32,000 nt of DNA from Candidatus Poseidoniaceae archaeon (lineage in GTDB: Archaea > Thermoplasmatota > Poseidoniia > Poseidoniales > Poseidoniaceae). The stretch spans positions 600,001 to 632,000 of the forward strand of contig CALSTM010000002.1 in assembly GCA_943789275.1 (NCBI GenBank). Direction: 5' to 3'. Every line of letters begins with the position of its first letter. The stretch's first letter is position 1. The position numbers and the translations under genes are program-made. This document shows positions 1 through 8,754 of this stretch, one piece after another. The notes under the pieces are model-generated. The model was not told the DNA's origin. It ran no database searches and was given only the letters and a program-made list of their open reading frames with translations.

Positions 1-599
1 TTACCACGGTTGAGGTTTGCCTTAAGTGAAGGACGCAATTTCTCTGCTCCCTTCCCCTTGTTATGCAAACCACGACCTCGCTTTCCAGCAGAGGTCTTGC
101 CTCGGAAAGCCCGTCCACGGTGGGACTTGTTTCCGTTCGCACCGCTGAACACACCGAGTTGCTTGTCAGCAATGATTGCGGGGTGGTGCGTATCGATGAG
201 AATGACTTCGTAGAACTTGTGCTTACCGTCTTGTCCGACCCAGTATGAGTTGAGGACTTCCATGTTCGGGAAATGACGTGCAACCCGCTCTTCAGCCATG
301 CGCTGCGTGTTCTTTGCCATGGTAATCTTCTTGATACCAGCCTTACTTGGCTTGCGCTTCATGTGAATCTTACCCTTGCGAAGTCCACCACGGCGGATAC
401 GAGTACGAATCATGACAACGCCTTGCTTGGCCTTGTAACCAAGGCGACGTGCAGCGTCTATACGAGTAGGCCGTTCAATCTTGCAATTGACCGGTTCTCG
501 ACGCCATTGAGCCATACGGGTCTGGCGGAACATGTGAGGCGTAGCCTCTTTTGGTTGCTTCCAAGTTTCACGAACATGTTGATACAATCCCCGAGTCAT
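1..599 (-). CDS. rpl15e: 50S ribosomal protein L15e; the C-terminal end runs off the left edge of the window
   Basis: My own translation of the minus strand from the ATG at 599-597 gives MTRGLYQHVRETWKQPKE...GKHKFYEVILIDTHHPAIIADK...RGLHNKGKG. This pattern is typical of archaeal/eukaryotic L15e. The frame stays open to position 1 (about 199 codons), which is why it is missing from the ORF track. Confidence 0.88.
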   Translation of the reverse strand, partial: MTRGLYQHVRETWKQPKEATPHMFRQTRMAQWRREPVNCKIERPTRIDAARRLGYKAKQGVVMIRTRIRRGGLRKGKIHMKRKPSKAGIKKITMAKNTQRMAEERVARHFPNMEVLNSYWVGQDGKHKFYEVILIDTHHPAIIADKQLGVFSGANGNKSHRGRAFRGKTSAGKRGRGLHNKGKGAEKLRPSLKANLNRG

Positions 600-722
600 A
601 ATGAACACCTGCGCTTCTCAGCATCCTGCCGACTTAACTCCCCTTTATGAGTCTGTCCACGCGATTGGAGTGCCTCGTTTTGATGTAAAACGCGTGCTGC
701 TCGCGTGAAACGGTGCAACATC

Positions 723-1094
723 TCATTCGGTTGGAAGGCCTTCTGCTTGGATTCCACGCCAGCCACCCCAAAGGGAGATAGCGTTACTGTAGCCCATTTC
801 TTTCAGGGATTTAGCCGCAATTGCGCTTCGGAATCCGCCTCCACAATACAAGACCATCCGAGTATCGTCATTGAAATCATGCTTCTCAATGTCACGCTCA
901 AGAACACCTTTGCCGATATGAACCGAGCCAATCAGATGCCCGGCGTCATACTCATGCTGTTCACGAACATCAAGCACCACAATCGGTTGTCCATCAGCAA
1001 GCATCGAGCGTAATTCCCCAGCCTCGCATTCTGGAATCGCTGCTCTTGCCGCCTCGACCACCGCTAAAAATTTCGCACTGTGCTTCTTCGCCAT
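723..1094 (-). CDS. Single-domain rhodanese (sulfurtransferase-like) protein
   Basis: The ORF contains VVLDVREQHEYDAGHLIGSVHI and the active-site loop YCGGGFRS (Cys-X4-Arg). I moved the start to the ATG at 1094 (MAKKHSAKF) so that a divergent intergenic region is left before trmH. Confidence 0.8.
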   Translation of the reverse strand: MAKKHSAKFLAVVEAARAAIPECEAGELRSMLADGQPIVVLDVREQHEYDAGHLIGSVHIGKGVLERDIEKHDFNDDTRMVLYCGGGFRSAIAAKSLKEMGYSNAISLWGGWRGIQAEGLPTE

Positions 1095-1144
1095 AGCAAC
1101 CCCAGTGCGGATAGCCTCATGAGGACTGCGGACCACGGCTTACC

Positions 1145-1858
1145 ATGGCAGGGCAAATCACGGGCGCTGAAGCCGTGCTGGCTGCACTGCTCGCTCAAGA
1201 TAACCTTGAGATGGTTTTGGTTGACAGGGATAAGGATACCACGGAAATCCGACGGCTGTGTGAAGAACTGAACATCCCGCTTGAAGAAGGTTCGACCAAC
1301 GATCTTTGGCGCATGTCAGCAGAAGGCCATGTTGATGCTTTAGCTCTCATCGGTCGAACACCCAATGGCGACTTAGAGCAGGTGCTTGAGCGAGGCGGTA
1401 CGGTGTGGTTTTTTGACGGTGTTACGTATTCAACGAACCTCGGATTTGCAATTCGTACGGCCGAAGTATCGGGTGCTGATGCTGTCGTACTTAACGTCGC
1501 CAAAACCCATGAAGAGCGACGAACAATTCGACGCTCAAGCATGCGTGCCGACCGATTTATTCCGGTGGTCTACAGTACGACTGAAGAGATACTAAAGGCC
1601 GTTAAAAGCACAGATTTTCGATTGATTTCGGTTGAAGATGTCGGCACTCACGAACCTTGGGATGAAGACTTAACAGGCAATGTGATGCTTGTTGTTGGAG
1701 CTGAAAAAGAAGGCATCAGTGCGGAAGTATTGGATGCTTCAGATGCCTGCGTATTGCTTCCAATGGACGGTTTTGTTCCATCCTACAACCTTCAAGTGGC
1801 TGTTAGCGTTGTTGCTTTGGAAGCACTGCGTCAGAGAAACCTCAATTCCAAAAATTGA
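1145..1858 (+). CDS. SpoU/TrmH-family RNA 2'-O-methyltransferase
   Basis: The three SpoU motifs are present: TNLGFAIRTAEVSGADAVVL, LVVGAEKEGIS and LLPMDGFVPSYNLQVAVSVVALEAL. The N-terminal segment is of the L30e-like substrate-binding type. Confidence 0.78.
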   Translation: MAGQITGAEAVLAALLAQDNLEMVLVDRDKDTTEIRRLCEELNIPLEEGSTNDLWRMSAEGHVDALALIGRTPNGDLEQVLERGGTVWFFDGVTYSTNLGFAIRTAEVSGADAVVLNVAKTHEERRTIRRSSMRADRFIPVVYSTTEEILKAVKSTDFRLISVEDVGTHEPWDEDLTGNVMLVVGAEKEGISAEVLDASDACVLLPMDGFVPSYNLQVAVSVVALEALRQRNLNSKN

Positions 1859-1937
1859 GAAAACTTCAGTTTGCGAACCCTTTAAATCGAGTCAGTAAAA
1901 CATTCCGTTGGGTTCAGTCCGTTGGAAGGTGGGATAC

Positions 1938-3458
1938 ATGGATGAGGGTTTGAAAAAACTGTTCTATGCGCACCTTACTGAAATGGTCTTTCAAGCCGCA
2001 CAAGTGAATCCGAGTTTGAAGGTGTTTTATCGACAGAACGGTTCAAAGGAAGAAGTGTTCAAAAAGTTGGACTTCAAAGGCCAAATCTCCCTCCAAAAGA
2101 GGCTTGACCGACTTTTTCCTGATGAATTCCGAGTTCAAGCTGGACTTGTTTCTTTTACCGAACGCTCGAAGCACGAAAAAATGGTCGAAAAGCGAGCCAG
2201 TCTTCGTCAACAGCGCTTAGAAGCGCATATTTTAGCAACGCAAAAGGCGGCACAAATCCACTTTGAAAACCATTGGCCACCGACCAAACGTGACCAAAAA
2301 AAACTTCGGCCGTTGGTACGGAAATCGAGAGGGAAAAACTGCCCCACTTGTGGCGTTGAAATGCTTCCCCGAAACGGAATACATGGCTTTACTGTTGAGC
2401 ACATTGTACCTGTGCGATATGGAGGAAAAAACACCTATGACGGAGAATTTCCACAGTGTGTAGGAATGTGCTATCTTTGCAATCAAACCAGAAACAACAT
2501 CGTTCTCGCCATCGGTCGAGAAGAAATCCGCGGCAGAACAAGGATGACTGACCGGGCAATTCGTTTTCTCATCACCCAAATCTACGGTGAACGCGACCAG
2601 GTTGACAGCCAAATGGCACAACTGTTTTCCGAACAGTATCAACTTGTATCCTCACAGGAGATCGCTGTGGAAGAATACGACCTATGGGGTATTGGAGAAT
2701 GGGTGGAATACCAAATACCTCCTGAGGAAAATTCCACTCCCCACTTGACAAACATTCCTGACACTGAGGAAGATGATGTCGAACCGGTCTATCTTGATCT
2801 CAATAAAGAACAAGCCGTTGCTTGCTTGAAGAGGGATTTGAAGAAGGCGATTGAGGTGAGCAATAAGAACGGAAAACCGTATTCTGTAAAAAGGCTTGAA
2901 AGGCTTTGGCTCAAGCACGGTAGTCCTGAACAATTCCGAGAAAAAATCGGTATGCAAAATGAAGACATTGACGTCATCCTCTTCCGCCTTTATCCGCATC
3001 AGTTCATTCTTGAGACAAAAGGTACGGTTCGATACATTCACGCTCTTGAGAATGAAGGCCGTCACTTTTACGACTTTTCAGCGGAGGTCGCCATACCGCC
3101 CTTGACGAAGACGCTCAATGAAGAGGAACTGGTCGTCGCTGAAACAGTTCACGCCACCCCCGTGCCCGTACCAATGCCCGTTCTTTTCGTCCGGGATGCT
3201 CTGGCTCCGCTGCATCTTTCTGACGAGCAGAATGAAGTACCATTTGAAAGAATCAAAGAAGTTCTCGACGGTTTACGGAAAGAAGATGGGATGGATTGGG
3301 ATACATATCTCGACTTTTTCAACATTGTACCCAGTGGAAGTTTAGCTGAGAGAATCAATCTGCTCTTGGGAGAATGCGGGTTCAAATGCCACCTCAAGAA
3401 AGACAATCAAAACCTCTTCTTTGTCTTTGAACCGCCTCACGTTTTTGAACAACATTAG
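1938..3458 (+). CDS. HNH endonuclease domain protein (506 aa) with uncharacterised N- and C-terminal regions
   Basis: The central motif CPTCG...FTVEHIVPVRYGG...CYLCNQTRNN matches the zinc-finger type of HNH (CxxC...[D/E]H...CxxCN). The ATG at 1938 is preceded by GGAAGGTGGG; the track's start at 1908 is a TTG. Confidence 0.6.
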   Translation: MDEGLKKLFYAHLTEMVFQAAQVNPSLKVFYRQNGSKEEVFKKLDFKGQISLQKRLDRLFPDEFRVQAGLVSFTERSKHEKMVEKRASLRQQRLEAHILATQKAAQIHFENHWPPTKRDQKKLRPLVRKSRGKNCPTCGVEMLPRNGIHGFTVEHIVPVRYGGKNTYDGEFPQCVGMCYLCNQTRNNIVLAIGREEIRGRTRMTDRAIRFLITQIYGERDQVDSQMAQLFSEQYQLVSSQEIAVEEYDLWGIGEWVEYQIPPEENSTPHLTNIPDTEEDDVEPVYLDLNKEQAVACLKRDLKKAIEVSNKNGKPYSVKRLERLWLKHGSPEQFREKIGMQNEDIDVILFRLYPHQFILETKGTVRYIHALENEGRHFYDFSAEVAIPPLTKTLNEEELVVAETVHATPVPVPMPVLFVRDALAPLHLSDEQNEVPFERIKEVLDGLRKEDGMDWDTYLDFFNIVPSGSLAERINLLLGECGFKCHLKKDNQNLFFVFEPPHVFEQH

Positions 3459-3955
3459 ACAGCCTGAGACCAAAATTCTTCGATGACACTGCTATCGGTC
3501 ATCGGGCCAAGATGGCGGTCAATCATTGTGCCATCGCTGCCAACGAGGATAAGCGTAGGCGTGTTGTTGATGTTCAGGGTAGTCGAAAGGGCAGCATTGG
3601 CTGAAAAAGGCGTATCCACTGTGCTGTCGGCTTTGCTTTCATTGACTTGAAGGTGCCAATCTGAAAGCTTGGTTGAGTCCGAATCATCGGTTGAAACGAT
3701 GATGTAGATGTGCTCGGGAAGTTGTGAATCCACCGCATGCATTGTTGGTCTGCACTGACTGCACCATGAGGCTGAAAAATGAAGAATGTAAGGCGTTCCA
3801 AGTAAATTATCAGAAGAATACGTCGCATCATCGTCAGCGACGACTGTGAACGCAGGTATGGATTCTAACGTTTCAGTATCCTCGCCACCAATGCAACCTG
3901 GTGAGACAGTCAACATAAGCAAAAGAAGGGAAAGACAGATTGTGCTGAACTTCAT
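3455..3955 (-). CDS. Secreted or lipid-anchored thioredoxin-fold (TlpA/redoxin-like) thiol-disulfide oxidoreductase
   Basis: There is a WCSQC redox motif in FSASWCSQCRP. The N-terminal signal MKFSTICLSLLLLMLTVSPGC ends in a lipobox-like Cys. I moved the start to the ATG at 3955. Its stop codon overlaps the stop of the HNH gene (TTAG at 3455-3458). Confidence 0.6.
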   Translation of the reverse strand: MKFSTICLSLLLLMLTVSPGCIGGEDTETLESIPAFTVVADDDATYSSDNLLGTPYILHFSASWCSQCRPTMHAVDSQLPEHIYIIVSTDDSDSTKLSDWHLQVNESKADSTVDTPFSANAALSTTLNINNTPTLILVGSDGTMIDRHLGPMTDSSVIEEFWSQAV

Positions 3956-4045
3956 GGTTTGGCGTAGAGAATATCCCACTTTATTCTTACCCCTACATGA
4001 CATATAGGCAGTGGATTTGATAAACAAAAGGATGGTAAAGAATTT

Positions 4046-5065
4046 GTGCGTCACCAAATCGTAGTATCGCTCCTCTTGGCCCTGGCCGTGTTGTTCTCTC
4101 TCAGTTTGAGTGAGGTTCATTCTGGCGCCACCGAACTCGAAGAAGTGAAATTTTCATTTGTTGATTCTGATAACGATGGCTACGATGAAACGGATGCATG
4201 CCCCGATGTAGCTGGTAATTCTACTGCGGACCGTATAGGTTGTCTTGATTCAGATGGAGATGGGTTTTCGAATGCAGACGACGCTTGGAATTACAGTGAT
4301 GGAGCCGATGTATATCCGCTGCGAGAGGATGCATGGAGCGACCAAGACGGGGATCTATGGGCGGACCAAGTGAATCTCGACATCACTGATGATTGCCCGC
4401 TCAAGTTTGGAACGAGTCGAGAGGTTTTGTTTGGTTGCTCAGACATGGACTTGGATTGGATTCCAGACGTACTTGACACCGACATCGACGGAGACGGCAT
4501 CTCGAACGAGATGGAAGCAGCCGCCTCGTTGGTACTCACGTACTACGACCCGATGGACCCGAATTCGGTTCCTGAAGATTCCGACTTTGATACGTTGCCG
4601 GATGCTATTGACGATGATGACGACAACGACGGTTGGCCGGACATCATCGAACAAGACCGAGGGTCGGACCCATTGGATGTCGAAAAAACCCCGTTCAATC
4701 AGTATTTTGGCATCAATACCGGCTTCTTTTACTTGGGTGGTTTCGAAGCCACCTCATCCTATGATGCTGAAGCCTTTGAAATCTCAATCTCAGGCGTCAT
4801 TGAAATTGTCACAGAGGAATTGGTCATCCCGTTTCTGCTGATTCCACTGTACCTGTATTTCTTCATTTCGAAGAAAAGAAGATTTGAATCATTGCGCACT
4901 GAAATCCGAGCAACAAAAAAAGCGGATGAATTGTATGTACTTGAACGACAAGTGAACGCTTTGGTTGAAAACAGGAAAATCAATACGTTACACGGACTGA
5001 TTCTGAGAAACTCCATTGAAGAGCAAGAAACTTTGACGCGACAATTGAAAGGAAGTATCGACTAA
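4046..5065 (+). CDS. Secreted acidic protein with Asp-rich Ca-binding (thrombospondin type-3-like) repeats, a C-terminal TM helix and a coiled-coil tail
   Basis: It has a GTG start and a signal peptide (LLLALAVLFSLSLSEVHS). DxDxDG-type motifs recur (DSDNDGYDE, DSDGDGFSN, DTDIDGDGISN, DDDDDNDGWPD). The TM helix is IPFLLIPLYLYFFISKKRR. Confidence 0.6.
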   Translation: MRHQIVVSLLLALAVLFSLSLSEVHSGATELEEVKFSFVDSDNDGYDETDACPDVAGNSTADRIGCLDSDGDGFSNADDAWNYSDGADVYPLREDAWSDQDGDLWADQVNLDITDDCPLKFGTSREVLFGCSDMDLDWIPDVLDTDIDGDGISNEMEAAASLVLTYYDPMDPNSVPEDSDFDTLPDAIDDDDDNDGWPDIIEQDRGSDPLDVEKTPFNQYFGINTGFFYLGGFEATSSYDAEAFEISISGVIEIVTEELVIPFLLIPLYLYFFISKKRRFESLRTEIRATKKADELYVLERQVNALVENRKINTLHGLILRNSIEEQETLTRQLKGSID

Positions 5066-5080
5066 GAAGAATAGTTCACC

Positions 5081-6610
5081 TTACCATGAATGTTGAACTG
5101 CATGGATTTGGGCGGTTGAACGCAGTGCAGATTGGCGAACACCGGGTGAAGAATCGTTCAAGCCGGCTTCAAGGTATATGAGTGCCGATTCATGGCCTGT
5201 TTCACCAAGATATTCGGCCGCATTTCGACGGACATAAATCGATTTGAACGCTAGGAGATAATGGCCAATGGTCTTGATGGCTTGTTCACATCCGATTTTA
5301 GCAAGCGTGGAAATCCCCCGCACGATGATGGTGTTACGTTGACCGTTCAACAAATGGGTAATGTAGGGTACTGGAGAGAAACCATCGACCCTTTCAAGTG
5401 CAGAAAGTAATGCTTGGTGGAGGTTTGGTCGGTCGTAAAACGACGGGATTTGGGATTCAAACCACGGTCCAAACGACTCAATACTCTGCAGAAGACAGCG
5501 AATAACAGCATCATCTTCATGGTTCAATGTCGAGATCAACATGTGTTCAGTTTGCTCATCACCTGAGTGTCGAAGTGCGCGTATTGCGTTCACCATCTGA
5601 ACACTGTTCCCTTTCTCAAGGTAGGGCTTCAAAATTTCAAGCTTGAGCGTTGGCTCAATTTCAAGATGACCAATGTGGGGTATGGCGACGTTACATTCCG
5701 AATCAAGAACGGGTTGAATGAGGTCAAGTTTCCGTTGTGAGTCAATGGGTAAAGAGCGTATTCGAGTCATGACTCTGTGAAGAACCGTTGAGGCAGAATC
5801 GTCAAGCATTGGCCTCAAAAGTTTCAGTTGATGCTCAGTATCGTTGGAACGTAAACTCTCTACAGCCCATGAACGCAGAGATTGGTCTTCATGCTTAAGA
5901 AACCGTTCAATGTCTTGCTCAGTGAAAATATAGTGACAGGAATAAAATTGCTCAGCGACCCAGCGGCTCACCCCGTTTGGATTGGTTTCATCCGTAGCCA
6001 AATGAATGAGAATCCATCGTAGCGTCGTCTGATGGCGGGTAGGAGAAAGACGTCGAGCGTGATGACGCCATTCTTCAGCCGGTTGTTCTTGGATGTATTG
6101 TCGCGCCTCGCCGTCGTTGCACTCAAGCGGATGGGTCGCCAGTCGTGGGGGGTGAACATAGTCGTGAACATGCTGAGGGGGCAGAAGAGCCAGTTGTTCT
6201 TCAGTGAGAATGGCTTTGAGGGTGCGTGGTACCTGAAGCGGGTCAAACTCTTCAGAACCAAGTAGGAGAATCATGCTGGCGACCATGTCGGTGTGTAAAG
6301 GCCGCGGGCGTGTCGCCGAATGGGCGCGTACACATGCGCTTTCACCGTTCAAATAGATGGGGAGATGGTTGCGCTGGTGCAAGTCAGGATTGCCAGCATC
6401 CAAAGAGGCTGCACGAAGAGGGAACACCTCAACAGTTTGCCCGTTAATGGACTGCGTAAGGGAAACGAAACCCTCGCGAGTGGATTTCTGCCATAGACTC
6501 CCTTCAGCGATTGTATCGCACCAATTGAGGGCACGAAGAATGGCCAAAACCCTGCTTTTAGAAAGGTCCATGTTAACCAGAAGGTGCCCAAATGGGGTAT
6601 CAATCATCAT
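5081..6610 (-). CDS. HEAT/armadillo-like repeat protein of unknown function
   Basis: The C-terminal half has HEAT-like repeats, for example RRNAAEYLGETGHESALIYLEAGLNDSSPGVRQSALRS. The N-terminal roughly 200 aa are not recognisable. The likely start is the ATG at 6610 (MMIDTPFG); the track's start at 6628 is a TTG. Confidence 0.5.
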   Translation of the reverse strand: MMIDTPFGHLLVNMDLSKSRVLAILRALNWCDTIAEGSLWQKSTREGFVSLTQSINGQTVEVFPLRAASLDAGNPDLHQRNHLPIYLNGESACVRAHSATRPRPLHTDMVASMILLLGSEEFDPLQVPRTLKAILTEEQLALLPPQHVHDYVHPPRLATHPLECNDGEARQYIQEQPAEEWRHHARRLSPTRHQTTLRWILIHLATDETNPNGVSRWVAEQFYSCHYIFTEQDIERFLKHEDQSLRSWAVESLRSNDTEHQLKLLRPMLDDSASTVLHRVMTRIRSLPIDSQRKLDLIQPVLDSECNVAIPHIGHLEIEPTLKLEILKPYLEKGNSVQMVNAIRALRHSGDEQTEHMLISTLNHEDDAVIRCLLQSIESFGPWFESQIPSFYDRPNLHQALLSALERVDGFSPVPYITHLLNGQRNTIIVRGISTLAKIGCEQAIKTIGHYLLAFKSIYVRRNAAEYLGETGHESALIYLEAGLNDSSPGVRQSALRSTAQIHAVQHSW

Positions 6611-6730
6611 GGAAACTTGAGTATTCAACTCCTAATAAACTCAAGACGTTTGAGTGCAACGACAGCGAGCTGACCTCAGCATGAACTTCATCCACCCTCT
6701 CGAGGCGTTCCGGTTCAAGACTGAAGATGC

Positions 6731-8662
6731 TCAAAACAGACGGGTCTGAACAGCATATACGGGCTCAGATTGATGAGCATGCACCTTGAACATGAACCGA
6801 GCAAGTTCCCATGCAGCATCGTTCAATTGCTGGAGAGATGGTGCTGGTTGATTTGAATCGCCACTCATCATCGATGATGCAGTCGGCCAAAGAGAGTTTG
6901 ATGCGATTTCGAGCTGACCTTCAACGGCTGTCATCGCTCCCACGACAGGGTGCTGTTGGCCGTTGATACAAACCGTGAATCCCCCTTTCTCTTCGGAAAC
7001 CGATACATCTGAGGCGGAGAGGAAAGGAAAACGCTCAGCGGTTTGTTCACTCAGAGCAACGCAATGCTCTGCGAGCCAATTCGGATGCTGCGCAAAGTCT
7101 CCATCAGCCAGAGGGCGTGAAAGTTCGTGTGGTGTAGAGGCGTGTTCAGATTCAAAAAAGTGAGAACTGTATCCCTGTTCTGCAAGGATGCGACCAACAA
7201 AAGCGGTTATCCAATTTCTTCGGTTGAGAAGGTATACGCCTTCGGTTAGGCTTGGACTGCGATTCACATGAGCGGCATAACGTTCGGTGTCAAGGCGCGT
7301 TGAATGGGTCACAATGTCCCGTTTACGAACAACACCCATGACCGGTTCAGAAGGAAAAAAGGCTCGATCAAACAAACCATGGCACCATTGAACGCCAACC
7401 ACTGAGGATGGATCTCGCCCATCAAGGGCGTATTTGTCGTTCAGCATCTGCGATTGTTCCAAGGAGGTGTCGAGGTTTTTGGTCCAAAGTGGAAAGGCTT
7501 TCCCCCATGTCATTCGGAGGTTGTTATGCAATTCACCATGCCGGACAAGAGAGTGTTGACAGAGGTTCCACAATTCATACGGCGAGTTTGCTGATTCGAG
7601 TTGTTGTTGCGAGAGTAAAACGGGTCTCGGGTCATCGGAAGTATCCCTCCACGATTGCTTGGCCCAATCTGGGAGGTTCGAGGATGCATACGGTTTCGGT
7701 ACCGCGTAGATGTGATGCCACGCATGTTCTCGAAAAACCAACAGCTCATCGAGGTACTTATCTGCAGATTTTGTGCCAACGGCAGCCGCTTCTCGAGCAA
7801 CCCTCATCGGCGATAAAAATCCGTAATGGAAAGCGTGCGATAGCCGTGAAACGCCCGTTGAATCTGCAGCGTTATTTCTTCTCCGCGCATAGCCGTTCAG
7901 TCCTTTGTCGAAGAATTTCTGCCATTTCTGTAGCGCAGCGTTCTCACCACCTCGAACATCCCAAATCGGCAAAACGGTCGGGTCGATGTTGCATTCTTGA
8001 AGCAAGGCAATCCGCTGATTTGGGTCCTTGATGCGGTTCGCAATATCGACGGGCTCGAACGGAAGTTCTCCCGAGTATTTTTCGGCCTGAACATCGAGAA
8101 TAGGCCACGATGCCTGCAATCGTTTCTTTCGCAGCCGCTTGGTTGCATCCCGGTATTTGTAGGGGCGGTCAACTGATTTTCCAAACAAAGGCATCGGAAC
8201 AACACAGTGGCAATCAACATCAAACACGGGTCCTTTGGCCGACTTGGAAAGAGTCTCAAGCCATTCTGTCCAAGGCGGAAGTGGAAACATGTCGGTGACG
8301 ATGCAACTGGCTGTTTGACTGAATTCTTTCAGAACCGGCTGGCGATGACCTTCACGTGCAACGTGAAGCACATACCGAAGACCGCTCTTTCGGCAGTTCT
8401 CATCCATGTCAATGGCCGCTTCCAGCAACATGTTATGATGACGAAGGGAAGCGTGTGGATATCGCTCATCGATACCGTGGTAAATCAAGAGCGGGAGACC
8501 GTGCTGATGTGCAAGAGTAGCCCCCACTTCAATCGCTGGATTCTCGTGAACGCGAAACGAGGACTTGAGCCAAACCACGACCGGTCCGCCTCCGTTGAGT
8601 GAACCAACCGAATTGAGTTGGCGAGTTCGTTCAGCCAAATGACTCGGAAGTTCGTCAATCAT
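6731..8662 (-). CDS. phr: Class II CPD photolyase-like protein with a roughly 170-aa C-terminal extension
   Basis: Class II hallmarks are present: GYARRRNN...GVSRLS..FHYGFLSP, LWNLCQHSLVRHGELHNNLRMTWGK and NDKYALDGRDPSSVVGVQWCHGLFDRAF. The photolyase homology ends near ...ERYAAHVNR, and about 170 further residues follow. Confidence 0.8.
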   Translation of the reverse strand: MIDELPSHLAERTRQLNSVGSLNGGGPVVVWLKSSFRVHENPAIEVGATLAHQHGLPLLIYHGIDERYPHASLRHHNMLLEAAIDMDENCRKSGLRYVLHVAREGHRQPVLKEFSQTASCIVTDMFPLPPWTEWLETLSKSAKGPVFDVDCHCVVPMPLFGKSVDRPYKYRDATKRLRKKRLQASWPILDVQAEKYSGELPFEPVDIANRIKDPNQRIALLQECNIDPTVLPIWDVRGGENAALQKWQKFFDKGLNGYARRRNNAADSTGVSRLSHAFHYGFLSPMRVAREAAAVGTKSADKYLDELLVFREHAWHHIYAVPKPYASSNLPDWAKQSWRDTSDDPRPVLLSQQQLESANSPYELWNLCQHSLVRHGELHNNLRMTWGKAFPLWTKNLDTSLEQSQMLNDKYALDGRDPSSVVGVQWCHGLFDRAFFPSEPVMGVVRKRDIVTHSTRLDTERYAAHVNRSPSLTEGVYLLNRRNWITAFVGRILAEQGYSSHFFESEHASTPHELSRPLADGDFAQHPNWLAEHCVALSEQTAERFPFLSASDVSVSEEKGGFTVCINGQQHPVVGAMTAVEGQLEIASNSLWPTASSMMSGDSNQPAPSLQQLNDAAWELARFMFKVHAHQSEPVYAVQTRLF

Positions 8663-8685
8663 GTCCTACGCTTCGTCTTCTTGGC

Positions 8686-8691
8686 TATATA
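8686..8691 (-). promoter_or_regulatory. Candidate TATA box for the class II photolyase gene
   Basis: On the minus strand the sequence reads GGTATATAGCC, 23 nt upstream of the ATG at 8662. That spacing fits an archaeal leaderless or short-leader promoter. Confidence 0.4.
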
Positions 8692-8727
8692 CCGCTGTTT
8701 AAGCCATGATAAACGAGAAAAAAAAAC

Positions 8728-8735
8728 TATAATAT
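8728..8735 (+). promoter_or_regulatory. Candidate TATA box for the DsrE-like gene
   Basis: An A9 tract is followed by CTATAATAT, about 20-27 nt upstream of the ATG at 8755. Confidence 0.4.
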
Positions 8736-8754
8736 CCAAAGATGACGAACAAAC

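Noticed and set aside
3455-3458. Overlapping stop codons of convergent genes (TTAG at 3455-3458), and zero- or 1-nt gaps at 18932/18934 and 26197/26198
   Set aside because: This is normal for a compact genome. It is useful only as support that the flanking ORFs are real.
6693-6703. The 8-mer CCTCTCGA is shared between the CPF relic/cryptochrome patch and the tRNA-array left block
   Set aside because: An 8-nt match is expected by chance about once in 64 kb of two-strand sequence, and there is no flanking similarity.
7408-8031. Long ORFs antisense to annotated genes, for example 7408..8031 (+), 23443..24297 (+), 18111..18629 (-), 17168..17479 (-) and 11829..12335 (-)
   Set aside because: Each lies entirely within a gene on the opposite strand or in another frame that has strong family motifs. 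Their translations are Arg/Ser/Cys-rich and show no recognisable motifs.
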